DNA from: an uncultured bacterium
GTDB taxonomy: Bacteria > Bacillota_I > Bacilli_A > RF39 > UBA660
Length of the DNA stretch: 59,827 nt
Assembly (NCBI GenBank): GCA_949295285.1
Contig: CASFKI010000018.1
Span: 1 to 59,827, forward strand
Direction of reading: 5' to 3'
The notes under the pieces are model-generated. The model did no database searches, was not told where the DNA came from, and was given only the letters and a program-made list of their open reading frames with translations. Position 1 is the first letter of the stretch. Every line of letters starts with the position of its first letter. Of this stretch, positions 7,957 to 17,125 are shown piece by piece. The position numbers and the translations under genes were made by a program.

Positions 7957-9252
7957 ATGACATATTATTTTATTGGTATAAAGGGGAGTGGAATGAGCTC
8001 ACTAGCACAAATTATTCATGATTTAGGATATAATGTTATGGGTAGTGATAAATCAAATCATTTTTTTACTGAAGAAGAATTATTAAAAAAAGGAATAAAA
8101 ATTTTAGAATTTAATAAGGATAATTTAAAACCTGGTATGATAGTTATACAAGGAAATGCATTTAATGATGACTTTCCAGAAGTTGTAAGAGCTAAAGAAT
8201 TAAATCTTGAAATATACACATATCAAGAAATGATTGATAAAATAACAAAAGATTATAAGCTAATTGCAGTTTCTGGATGTCATGGAAAAACTACTACATC
8301 TACTATGATGAGTAAACTTCTTGAAAATGTTGGAACTAATTATTTAATTGGTGATGGGCTTGGTTATGCTTTTAAAGATAATAAATATTTTGTTCTTGAG
8401 GCTTGTGAATATAAAAGACATTTTTTAGAATATCATCCATATTACACAATAATTACGAATATAGAATTAGACCATATTGATTATTATAAAGATTTAAATG
8501 ATGTTTTAGATGCTTTTACTACATTTGCTAATAAATCAAGTGGTTATACAATTATGTGTGGCGATGATGAAAATGTAAGAAAAATAAAGATTAATAATAA
8601 GCACCTCTATTATGGTTTAAAAAAAGATAATGATATATATGCTACTAATATACAATTAATAAATGAAAATTCAACTAAAATTGATGTATATATTAAAGAA
8701 AAATATTTTGATACATATACATTACCTTTTGTTGGTGATCATTTAATATTAAATTTATTAGCGGCAATTACTGTTTGTTATTTAGAACAAATTAATAAAA
8801 ATGAAATTAAAAATCAAATAACTAAAATAGAGCACGCTAAAAGAAGATTTATTGAAGAAAAGTTTAAATCAAATATTTTAATAGATGATTATGCACATCA
8901 TCCAACAGAAGTTAGAGTAACAATTCAAAGTGCTAGAAAAAAATACCCTAATAAATATATAGTTGCATTATTTAAAGCTCATACTAAATCTAGAGTCAAA
9001 TATTTTTACAAAGAATTTGCAGAAGCTTTAAATTTAGCTGATAAAGCATATGTACTTGATATTGGAGAAGATAGAATTGAAAAAGGATATGATGATGTTA
9101 GTGCTGATTTAATAATTAAAAATCTTAAAAACGGTGAACATATTGGAGATGATGAACCTGAAAAATTATTACAATATGAAAATTCAGTATTAATATTTAT
9201 GAGTAGTAAAGATATATATAAACTTGCTAAAAAATATAAAGAAATCGCATAA
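7957..9252 (+). CDS. murC: UDP-N-acetylmuramate--L-alanine ligase
   Basis: GIKGSGMSSLAQII..GY.V.GSD, GCHGKTTTSTM and DDYAHHPTEV are Mur ligase / MurC signatures. Length is 431 aa. Confidence 0.9.
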   Translation: MTYYFIGIKGSGMSSLAQIIHDLGYNVMGSDKSNHFFTEEELLKKGIKILEFNKDNLKPGMIVIQGNAFNDDFPEVVRAKELNLEIYTYQEMIDKITKDYKLIAVSGCHGKTTTSTMMSKLLENVGTNYLIGDGLGYAFKDNKYFVLEACEYKRHFLEYHPYYTIITNIELDHIDYYKDLNDVLDAFTTFANKSSGYTIMCGDDENVRKIKINNKHLYYGLKKDNDIYATNIQLINENSTKIDVYIKEKYFDTYTLPFVGDHLILNLLAAITVCYLEQINKNEIKNQITKIEHAKRRFIEEKFKSNILIDDYAHHPTEVRVTIQSARKKYPNKYIVALFKAHTKSRVKYFYKEFAEALNLADKAYVLDIGEDRIEKGYDDVSADLIIKNLKNGEHIGDDEPEKLLQYENSVLIFMSSKDIYKLAKKYKEIA

Positions 9253-9269
9253 ATTATGCGATTTTATTT
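9242..9269 (+). terminator. Intrinsic terminator after murC
   Basis: ATCGCAT / ATGCGAT stem spanning the stop codon, followed by a T-rich tail. Confidence 0.5.
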
Positions 9270-9286
9270 ATAAAAAATAGAGATAT

Positions 9287-9718
9287 TTAATCTCTATCTT
9301 CTAATCTACATAATAAATCAATTTTAAACATTTCTTTAGCAGCATTTGCTTTAGATATCATAATTCCTTTATAAGCTGTTAATTCCGATCTATGACCATC
9401 TAATAGTATATCTTTTGGCTCTAAAGTATTTAACATAACTATATTACTATTTTTATATACAGTATAATTTAATTTAACCTCACCATAAACTTTAACAAAT
9501 AAAGAATCAGTTGGAAGTCTCAAGTCATATGTTTCGGTTTGTTCATGTTTATTTATTGAAACTAATTCACCAACAAATACACCACTTCTCAATTTCTTAT
9601 AAAAATCAAACATTAATTTTTTATAAGCAACCATATTATATTTCTTTAAACTTCTTTCTAATTTCTTAAAATTATTTTCATCCAAATAATCTAAAATATA
9701 TCTTTCTTTCATAATCAT
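9287..9718 (-). CDS. Hypothetical protein (about 143 aa)
   Basis: Own extended -10 (TGgTATAAT) and GGGGGG SD. ATG 9718 is 5 nt after the SD. A terminator hairpin lies at 9276-9296. Confidence 0.55.
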   Translation of the reverse strand: MIMKERYILDYLDENNFKKLERSLKKYNMVAYKKLMFDFYKKLRSGVFVGELVSINKHEQTETYDLRLPTDSLFVKVYGEVKLNYTVYKNSNIVMLNTLEPKDILLDGHRSELTAYKGIMISKANAAKEMFKIDLLCRLEDRD

Positions 9719-9766
9719 CAAAACCCCCCTTAATGATTTGTGTCTAAATTATACCATAAAAAAAGA

Positions 9767-9793
9767 AAAAAGTCAACTTTACTTGACTTTTTC
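9767..9793. terminator. Hairpin terminator ending the thrS transcription unit
   Basis: AAAAAAGTCAA / TTGACTTTTT with a 6-nt loop. Confidence 0.6.
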
Positions 9794-9806
9794 TATATTT
9801 TATGAT

Positions 9807-10298
9807 TTATCTTTTTCTTGTACCAAAAAAATCATTTGAATTTTCTTCATCATATAAATTTTCATCTAAACCATAATCATTATATGATTCATTATAACTA
9901 TAATTACCATTTTTGTTAGCAAGCTTTTCTTCTCTTAATTTCTGATTAATAAAAAACTCTCCTTCATCATATATTCTTTCCATATATTTTTCTTTATTAT
10001 AACTATTTAATGTTTCAAAATAATCTGGTAATTCAGGCTGTATAGTTGATTTTCTATTAACAACACTCTCTATTTTTTTTCGAGCTTGTGCAACTACTTC
10101 TAGTAAAGTTTCATCATCCTCATATACCATATTCTCATCAATAAATCCTTTTTTTTCAATTATTTTATCTACATATCTATTTGCAACATATTGAATTAAT
10201 GAACTAGTATCTAAATCCAATTTATACTCTTCATTTTTTTTGTAAACATATTCACAATATCTAACATTATCATTATAATCAAAAATATTAAAACTCAT
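9807..10298 (-). CDS. Hypothetical acidic protein (163 aa), translationally coupled to thrS
   Basis: The ATG lies 2 nt after the thrS stop, and its GGAGG SD sits inside the thrS 3' end. Confidence 0.6.
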   Translation of the reverse strand: MSFNIFDYNDNVRYCEYVYKKNEEYKLDLDTSSLIQYVANRYVDKIIEKKGFIDENMVYEDDETLLEVVAQARKKIESVVNRKSTIQPELPDYFETLNSYNKEKYMERIYDEGEFFINQKLREEKLANKNGNYSYNESYNDYGLDENLYDEENSNDFFGTRKR

Positions 10299-10300
10299 AT

Positions 10301-12049
10301 TTATTTTTCCTCCTTATTTTTCTTCTCAATTTCTTTTAATATATAATTAATAAATTTTTTAATTTCAAGATTAACTGTTTTATCACTTCCATGAGCACGA
10401 TAACTTATTGTTCGACTTTCTTTTTCCTTATCTCCAAGTATTAATGTATATGGAATTTTTTTAGTTTGACTTTCTCTCATTTTATAACTTAATTTTTCAT
10501 CCCTGTCATCTAACTTGACTCTAATGTTATTATTTTCAAGTTCTTTTTTTATATATTTTGCATAATCTAAATGATATTCATTATTTACTGGAATTATATT
10601 AATTTGTACTGGACTTAACCAAAGTGGAAAAGCACCCGCATAATTCTCAATCAATATGCCAATAAATCTTTCAATAGAGCCAAAAATAACTCTATGTAAC
10701 ATAACAGGTCTTTTTTTAGAGCCATCAGCATCGACATAAGTTAAATCAAATCTTTCAGGTAAATTCATATCTAATTGAATAGTGCCACATTGCCAAACTC
10801 TACCCAAAGAATCTTTAATGTGAAAATCTAATTTAGGCCCGTAAAAAGCACCATCTCCTGGATTAATTTTACAATCATGTCCTGCTGAGTGACAAGCAGA
10901 TTCTAATGCTTGTTCGGATTTATTCCAAATTTCAATATCCCCAATATATTTTTCCTCTGGTCTTGTAGATAATTCAATGCTGTAAGATAATCCAAATATT
11001 TTATATATTCTATCAATAAAATTGATTAATTTTACAACTTCTTCTTCAATTTGGTCTTCTCTCATAAATATATGAGCATCGTCTTGAGTAAATGTTCTAA
11101 CTCTAAATAAACCATTTAAAGCACCACTTGCCTCATGTCTGTGCACTTGTCCTAATTCTCCAATTCTTAAAGGTAAATCTTTATAAGAATGAAGCGAATT
11201 TTTATAAACTAACATACCACCAGGACAATTCATAGGTTTAATAGCAAAAGTCTTCTCATCTATTTCACTAGTATACATATTTTCTCTATAATTATACCAA
11301 TGTCCCGATAATTCCCATAATTCTTTATTTAACATAATTGGTGTTTTTACAAATTCATATCCTTCTTTTGTATGTTCTTCATACCAAAAATTTTCAAGTT
11401 GGTTTCTTAAAATCATGCCGTTATTTAAAAAAAATGGAAATCCTGGACCATATTCACTCATCATAAATAAATCTAATTCTTTTCCAAGTTTTTTATGATC
11501 TCTTTTTTTAGCTTCTTCCAATAAATTTAAATGCTCTTCTAAATCTTCTGATGTTTCAAAGCATACTCCATATATTCTTTGAAGCATCTTATTTTTAGCA
11601 TCACCCTTCCAATAAGCTCCAGAAACTTTTAATAATTTAAAATTCTTAAGTATCTTAACATTATCTACATGAGGCCCTCTACAAAGATCAGTAAAATCTC
11701 CTTGAGTATAGCAAGAAATAATAGTATCATTTTCATCCATTCTACTAATTAAATCCATTTTATATGGATCGTCTTTAAATTTCTCTATTGCTTCATTTTT
11801 ACTAATTTCATATCTTATAATTTTTTTACCATCTTTACTAATTTTTTTCATTTCTTTTTCTATTTTAGGCAAATCTTCTTCTTTAATTACATCATCGCCA
11901 AGATCAATATCATAATAAAACCCATCTTCAATCACTGGCCCTACCCAAAATTTAGCATTAGGATATAAATGTTTTACTGCTTGCGCCAATAAATGAGCAC
12001 AACTATGATTTAAAATACTTAATTTTTCATCATCTTTAATATTTTTCAT
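10301..12049 (-). CDS. thrS: Threonine--tRNA ligase (no N-terminal TGS domain)
   Basis: Starts directly in the editing domain (HSCAHLLAQAV). Class II core and anticodon-binding domain are present. 582 aa. Confidence 0.9.
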   Translation of the reverse strand: MKNIKDDEKLSILNHSCAHLLAQAVKHLYPNAKFWVGPVIEDGFYYDIDLGDDVIKEEDLPKIEKEMKKISKDGKKIIRYEISKNEAIEKFKDDPYKMDLISRMDENDTIISCYTQGDFTDLCRGPHVDNVKILKNFKLLKVSGAYWKGDAKNKMLQRIYGVCFETSEDLEEHLNLLEEAKKRDHKKLGKELDLFMMSEYGPGFPFFLNNGMILRNQLENFWYEEHTKEGYEFVKTPIMLNKELWELSGHWYNYRENMYTSEIDEKTFAIKPMNCPGGMLVYKNSLHSYKDLPLRIGELGQVHRHEASGALNGLFRVRTFTQDDAHIFMREDQIEEEVVKLINFIDRIYKIFGLSYSIELSTRPEEKYIGDIEIWNKSEQALESACHSAGHDCKINPGDGAFYGPKLDFHIKDSLGRVWQCGTIQLDMNLPERFDLTYVDADGSKKRPVMLHRVIFGSIERFIGILIENYAGAFPLWLSPVQINIIPVNNEYHLDYAKYIKKELENNNIRVKLDDRDEKLSYKMRESQTKKIPYTLILGDKEKESRTISYRAHGSDKTVNLEIKKFINYILKEIEKKNKEEK

Positions 12050-12069
12050 TTTTATTCCTCTCTTTTTTT

Positions 12070-12486
12070 TTAATATAATCCTCTTGATTTTAGCTCTTTT
12101 CTTGCGTTTTTTTGATTTCTAGATGAATTATATTTTCTTCTTAATAGTTGTCTTAATTCATATTCACTTAAACTTGTATAATCATATTCATTATTGTCAA
12201 CTACAAAATCATCTTCACACTTACTACAAACCTCATCACATTCAAAATTATTAATTTCTATTTTTTCAGGTATATAATAAGGCAGTGTATTGTATCCATC
12301 ATTTACAAATATAACTTGTCCAGAATATAACAACTCTCTATTTTTTCTTACATTATCATATGATGCTCTTTTTAAGTGTGGAAAAAGTATTTTAACATCA
12401 CTATGTCTTATATAATTTAGATTATATCCTTTCACGCGAGCATATCTTGATAAAAATTTTGATAAACTAATTTCACAACTTCTCAT
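12070..12486 (-). CDS. Hypothetical protein (138 aa) located between the T-box leader and thrS
   Basis: GGGGGGG SD 11 nt upstream of the ATG. Contains a CDEVCSKCEDD cysteine cluster and a basic C-terminal tail. Confidence 0.55.
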   Translation of the reverse strand: MRSCEISLSKFLSRYARVKGYNLNYIRHSDVKILFPHLKRASYDNVRKNRELLYSGQVIFVNDGYNTLPYYIPEKIEINNFECDEVCSKCEDDFVVDNNEYDYTSLSEYELRQLLRRKYNSSRNQKNARKELKSRGLY

Positions 12487-12510
12487 TATTTATTTTTCCC
12501 CCCCTATTTT

Positions 12511-12716
12511 AAAATAAAAAGAATGATACCCAAGGAGTTGATATACAACGGTACCATCCTTTATTTAACTTAATTTTAGTTTTGTAACGTAAACTGCACG
12601 TAAGCTATTAACTTCATAAAATTGGGAGTAATTATTAATAATTTATTTTAGCTCACACCTAATACTAAATCTCTTTAATAAATACATTAATAATCATATC
12701 CAATTAATTTATTTAC
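12511..12716 (-). promoter_or_regulatory. T-box leader (probable Thr specifier) with terminator/antiterminator
   Basis: On the minus strand: AGAGA and AGUA elements, T-box core AAGGAUGGUACCG (12561-12549), and a 13-bp terminator helix (12562-12550 with 12530-12518) plus U-tract. A TTGCAT-17-TAATAT promoter lies at 12751-12723. The candidate ACU specifier (12629-12627) is tentative. Confidence 0.8.
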
Positions 12717-12743
12717 CTTTAAATATTATCACAACTAATATAA

Positions 12744-13427
12744 TTATGCAACATCTTTTAAAGATAAAGAATTATTTTTTTGTTTTTTTAATTTAATTAG
12801 AGTTTCAATTGAACCATTTAATGCTTCTAATTCATCATCATTTAGTTCAGTTATTGCTTTAACAATATCCTCTTTGGTAACTTCTTCTTTAACAAAAACT
12901 TGCTCCACTACTCTATCTGGATCGCTAAATGGACTTAGCGATAAATTTTCATTTGTTTTTGATTCGTTAATAATGTATTCAATAGGTGTTACATATGTAT
13001 CATAAAGTGTATTATCTACTTTTCTTGCTGTATATTTTTCAGGTTTTTCAAATTCAATTTTAGGTACTACTGCTAAATTTTGACTTTGAGATTTTATTAA
13101 TGTATTAACTTTTGCATCATTTATAAGCTGATCTTCTTCTTTAGTGATATATTCACCACTTGAAATTTTGTTTCTAACTTCTGTTTCAATCGGATTATCG
13201 CTTTTGATTAAATTAATAGCGACCATCATATAATAAAATGGTATAAATCCTTTAAAAAAATTTTTAATTCCATCATTATATTTATATAAACTATTTCTAT
13301 TTTTTTCAATATATCCTTTATCATGTAGCTGTGCTTTTATAATTGGATTTAATGCTTCAATTATACAAAGACCATAAGCTGTAGTAATAAGTTGTGTAAT
13401 TACATATAACAATAATATTGTTTTCAT
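12744..13427 (-). CDS. Membrane protein (227 aa), paralogous in its N-terminal module to the 17126-17788 product
   Basis: Two TM helices with a KGY...IPFY motif and an acidic coiled C-terminal half. It occupies the position downstream of dnaI. Confidence 0.6.
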   Translation of the reverse strand: MKTILLLYVITQLITTAYGLCIIEALNPIIKAQLHDKGYIEKNRNSLYKYNDGIKNFFKGFIPFYYMMVAINLIKSDNPIETEVRNKISSGEYITKEEDQLINDAKVNTLIKSQSQNLAVVPKIEFEKPEKYTARKVDNTLYDTYVTPIEYIINESKTNENLSLSPFSDPDRVVEQVFVKEEVTKEDIVKAITELNDDELEALNGSIETLIKLKKQKNNSLSLKDVA

Positions 13428-13456
13428 ATTTACTTTCCCCCTTTACTTGTGCGTAT

Positions 13457-13485
13457 ATTATACCAAAAAACAGATAAAAAGTCAA
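13457..13485 (-). promoter_or_regulatory. Consensus sigma-A promoter with extended -10
   Basis: On the minus strand: TTGACT (13485-13480), 17 nt, TGgTATAAT (-10 at 13462-13457). Confidence 0.6.
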
Positions 13486-13493
13486 ATTACATT

Positions 13494-14405
13494 CTACTTT
13501 CTTTTATTTTTACTAATCAATTTATCTTCTACAGTTAAATATTTAATTCTTTCTATTATTCTTCTTGCTTTAATTTCATCACTACCCTTACTAGTTTCGC
13601 TTAAAAAGTTTTCAAGTTCATCAATAGTGTAATTAGATGTAAAAAAAGTTGTTAATTCATTATCCATCCTGTATTGTAAAATAGTTCCAAGAACCTCATC
13701 TCTTGCCCAAGGCGTGTTATTATCTGCACCAATATCATCTATCAATAACACATCACAACGCATTATTTCATCAAGAACATCATCATATATATATTCATTG
13801 AAAGAAGCTTTTAATTTTTTTAATAATGCAGGATAATATACATTAATTGTTTTAAAATTTTTATTTGATAGTTCATTTAATAAAGCACTAATTATATAAG
13901 ATTTTCCACTTCCAAAAGAACCACTTAAATATAGTCCTTTAGCATTTTCATTATTCATTTTTTTCTTTAAAAAATCTTTAATATATTTTAAAATATTAGT
14001 TCTTTCTTTTTCGTTAATTAAATCACTTAACGAAGCGTTTCTTAATGATTTTGGAGTTTCAAAAAAAACTGTATTATTATATTTTTCTTGCTTATTTTTT
14101 TCTTTGAAATATTTACATGGTTTATATCCAAACTCTAAATTATAATTCCTTACACTTGGATAATATACATAACCAATTATATCATTTGTGCATGATTCTA
14201 ATTTTTTACATTTAGCACATTTTTTTAGTTCATTTGCACATTCTTCTAATTTTGTAGTATATCTCATAAGTATTTCATCGGGACATTTTAATCTATTACA
14301 TAATTTTTTAAATGTTTCATCTTGTGATGATAATATAAATTCTCTTCTTAATTCTTGATCTAAATTTTTCTTACTTTTTTTAATAAAATTGCTACTTTTT
14401 ATCAT
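13494..14405 (-). CDS. dnaI: Primosomal helicase loader DnaI
   Basis: N-terminal Cys-rich zinc module, Walker A GSFGSGKS and Walker B LLIDDIG. Overlaps dnaB by 14 nt. Confidence 0.85.
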   Translation of the reverse strand: MIKSSNFIKKSKKNLDQELRREFILSSQDETFKKLCNRLKCPDEILMRYTTKLEECANELKKCAKCKKLESCTNDIIGYVYYPSVRNYNLEFGYKPCKYFKEKNKQEKYNNTVFFETPKSLRNASLSDLINEKERTNILKYIKDFLKKKMNNENAKGLYLSGSFGSGKSYIISALLNELSNKNFKTINVYYPALLKKLKASFNEYIYDDVLDEIMRCDVLLIDDIGADNNTPWARDEVLGTILQYRMDNELTTFFTSNYTIDELENFLSETSKGSDEIKARRIIERIKYLTVEDKLISKNKRK

Positions 14406-15693
14406 ATTTTCTAAACTCCTCTATCATGTTTTTAAATTCTAGGTCTTCAATCTCTTCCTCGTCACTACTTAATTTAACAGATTCATTAAACCAAGACGGA
14501 ATGATAGCTGCTTTTTTAGTTGAAATTTCTCCCTTTTTATATTTCTTTTTGTGCTCTTTTTCTGCAAGTTCCATTGCTTCTTGGGCAGTTTCAACACCAT
14601 TTCTCTTCCATTGTCCTGCTATTGTTTCTATATATGATTTTATTAACTTATTATTATTAGTTTTTAATGTATAGTCTATAAGAACATTAACAACAGCCGA
14701 ATTTAATTTCAAATCAATAAGCAATTCCTCTAATATTTGCATATCTCTTTGTGTCGGTTTAGCTCCTTTATATTTTGCTTTTAAAAATTCATATGGAGAA
14801 TTATTTTCAAATACTCTTATTATTCTTCCCCTTTTAGTATTATCACCAGAAGCACTTTTTAAGTATTCTGGTTGACTCTTAAATAACAAACTAGGAAGCC
14901 TATTATCATTGTTAAATTGGTAAAATTTACGGGTATTCTTTCTTAAATCTTCTTTTACTATATTTCCTTTTTCATTAAGGGATGCTCTTATCAAATCAGC
15001 CATTACTGTAGGATCCAAATCATATAAAAATGATAAATTAATTATTAATTCTTTTGTAGATTTATTTAAACACTTTTCATTAAATATTCCTTTTGGTAAA
15101 AATGATAATAATAAATCAAAATCGTAATCCAATTCATAATTTAAATTTAATTTATTCTTAGATACTATATTTTCATTATTAGCCTCTAATATAGTATAAT
15201 TTCTTACTTTAAATACACTATCAAAACTAACTGTAATATCTTCATAATCTTTTAGTTGAATATTAGGTAACTCAAAGTATTTTAATAGTCTATTGTACTC
15301 TTCCTTACCTACATTATTATATAAAACTATATTAAATATTGGATGAGAAAAAAATTCATGAGCAGATAATGGACTATATAATTCATAAATATATGAATTT
15401 ATTTGTCCTTTTATAACATATGTTTTAACTAAACCAATGCCTTCTAATTTGAGCCTTGCTTCTTTTAAATTATCAAGTGTTAATTGAAGAGATGTCATTA
15501 AATGATGATGAGTAAGTTCTAAAGATATAAATGTATTTCTAGTTTCCGTTTGTAATTTCAAATATAAAGCAATCGCAGTTGCTCCAATAATTGGAGTATA
15601 AAGCATATTTAAAACTAGTCTATCCATATCTGATAGTAAACTCTTATCAATAACTTGATATATATCTGCAGGATATAAACTTACACTCTTCAT
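14392..15693 (-). CDS. dnaB: Replication initiation and membrane attachment protein DnaB (Bacillus-type, DnaD-like domains)
   Basis: 433 aa with N-terminus LSDMDRLVLNMLYTPIIGATAIALYL and a C-terminal DnaD-like repeat. dnaB-dnaI-(membrane protein)-T-box-thrS synteny matches B. subtilis. Confidence 0.8.
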   Translation of the reverse strand: MKSVSLYPADIYQVIDKSLLSDMDRLVLNMLYTPIIGATAIALYLKLQTETRNTFISLELTHHHLMTSLQLTLDNLKEARLKLEGIGLVKTYVIKGQINSYIYELYSPLSAHEFFSHPIFNIVLYNNVGKEEYNRLLKYFELPNIQLKDYEDITVSFDSVFKVRNYTILEANNENIVSKNKLNLNYELDYDFDLLLSFLPKGIFNEKCLNKSTKELIINLSFLYDLDPTVMADLIRASLNEKGNIVKEDLRKNTRKFYQFNNDNRLPSLLFKSQPEYLKSASGDNTKRGRIIRVFENNSPYEFLKAKYKGAKPTQRDMQILEELLIDLKLNSAVVNVLIDYTLKTNNNKLIKSYIETIAGQWKRNGVETAQEAMELAEKEHKKKYKKGEISTKKAAIIPSWFNESVKLSSDEEEIEDLEFKNMIEEFRKYDKK

Positions 15694-15747
15694 AAAAACC
15701 TCACTAATTAATTATATAAAATATTCTATCAATAATAAAGAACTTAA

Positions 15748-15984
15748 TCAAATAAGTTCTTTATTTTTTTCAATAAATTTTAAAATTACATTATTAAATT
15801 CACTTTCACTTAATAAATCGAAATATTGTTTATTATTTTTAGTAATAATTTTTCTAATTTTAATATTTTGAGAATTTAATACCCCACTAAATAAAATATA
15901 CTTATTCCCTTTATAATCGAGAATATCAACAACATCATATTCTAAATTATCTTCTAATACACTAATACTACCTACTAAATTCAT
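15748..15984 (-). CDS. Small protein (78 aa), DUF1292-like
   Basis: GGGAGG SD. The pattern EYDVVDILDYKGNKYILFS...DLLSESEFNNV resembles DUF1292. Confidence 0.45.
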   Translation of the reverse strand: MNLVGSISVLEDNLEYDVVDILDYKGNKYILFSGVLNSQNIKIRKIITKNNKQYFDLLSESEFNNVILKFIEKNKELI

Positions 15985-17029
15985 CTAAATCCTCCCTATC
16001 TTTATTACCATAGGATTCTAATATTTTATCAATAACATTTTTTTCTTCATTTGATATAGTTTGTTCATATCCAGCTTTATTGTTATTTTTAGGTCTTTCT
16101 TCTTTATAATTTTTAAAAAGTTTATAAGTTAAATTATCTAATATGAATATTGCTACTAATATGCCTATAATTATTTTCTTTTTATTAGCCATTCTTTTTA
16201 ATTCAGCATTTTTTTCCCTTTGATATGTAGGATGATAATTAACTTCTTTAAGTGCAACTTTTTTTCTATCTTTAGGAATAATAGAACTTTTTTCACACAT
16301 TAATCTATCAATATCCCTCTTAATAAAATTATTTAGACTATCATAATTAATACTATTAACTCTATTTCCAATACTATATAAAGCAATAGCTGCCCTAAAA
16401 GCAATTTCATTTAAACAATTAGAATCATTAAATATATTATAATCATCCCTAAATATATTTTTTTGTTCTCTATTATTTTCAAATATTTTTTTAGTAATTT
16501 TATATATTTTAATTCTTAGTTCATTAAATTCATTATTAAAGCTAACTTTACCAAGTTTTTCATTAACTCTAATATAATCAACAATTCTATTATCATATTT
16601 TTTATTTAAAATATCAATGTCACTACAATTATCAAATTTTAATAAATTATAAATATCATAGCTAAGCGAATTTAATTCATCAATATTATTAAATATACTT
16701 TTTAATTCATATAAAAGACTACTAATATAGTTAATACAATTTTTTCTACTATTATTTTTCGCATTGTAATATTTTTGAGCAAAAGATGAAACTGCATTTT
16801 CAATTATTAAATCATAATCACCATTTAATATTTCTTCGGCAGAATATGTTTGTAATAAATAAAACATAACAAATTCATTACATTTATTTATATTTATATT
16901 ATAAGCATTAAAGTTAATAACATTAAAAACTACACTATTAATATAATTTAATAATCTATTATATTCTTCATAACTAAGTTTATATTTAATAACAAAAGAA
17001 TGTCTTCTTATAAAATCCTCATAACTCAT
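15968..17029 (-). CDS. Hypothetical protein (353 aa) with a single TM helix near the C-terminus
   Basis: AGGTG SD. TM segment IIIGILVAIFILDNLTY at about residue 285. No recognisable domain. Confidence 0.6.
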   Translation of the reverse strand: MSYEDFIRRHSFVIKYKLSYEEYNRLLNYINSVVFNVINFNAYNININKCNEFVMFYLLQTYSAEEILNGDYDLIIENAVSSFAQKYYNAKNNSRKNCINYISSLLYELKSIFNNIDELNSLSYDIYNLLKFDNCSDIDILNKKYDNRIVDYIRVNEKLGKVSFNNEFNELRIKIYKITKKIFENNREQKNIFRDDYNIFNDSNCLNEIAFRAAIALYSIGNRVNSINYDSLNNFIKRDIDRLMCEKSSIIPKDRKKVALKEVNYHPTYQREKNAELKRMANKKKIIIGILVAIFILDNLTYKLFKNYKEERPKNNNKAGYEQTISNEEKNVIDKILESYGNKDREDLDEFSR

Positions 17030-17125
17030 ATTAAATTCACCTTTACTCTAAAATTTATAATTCTATAGTAATATTATCATATTATTGAACTCAAAACAAT
17101 ATTTAAAAAATTTAAAAAAATCTCA

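Noticed and set aside
9287-9721. 144-aa protein as a RelE/ParE-like toxin
   Set aside because: There is only a vague beta-strand pattern resemblance (YDLRLP...LFVKVY...IVMLNTLEP). There is no adjacent antitoxin-sized ORF and the gene is monocistronic. The evidence is insufficient.
12498-12504. C7 (G7 on the coding strand) and similar G/C runs (for example 9725-9730) as phase-variation tracts
   Set aside because: They sit 4-11 nt upstream of start codons. The same GGGGG-type SD recurs at many genes (1290, 13435, 27175, 44145), so they are ribosome-binding sites rather than contingency repeats.
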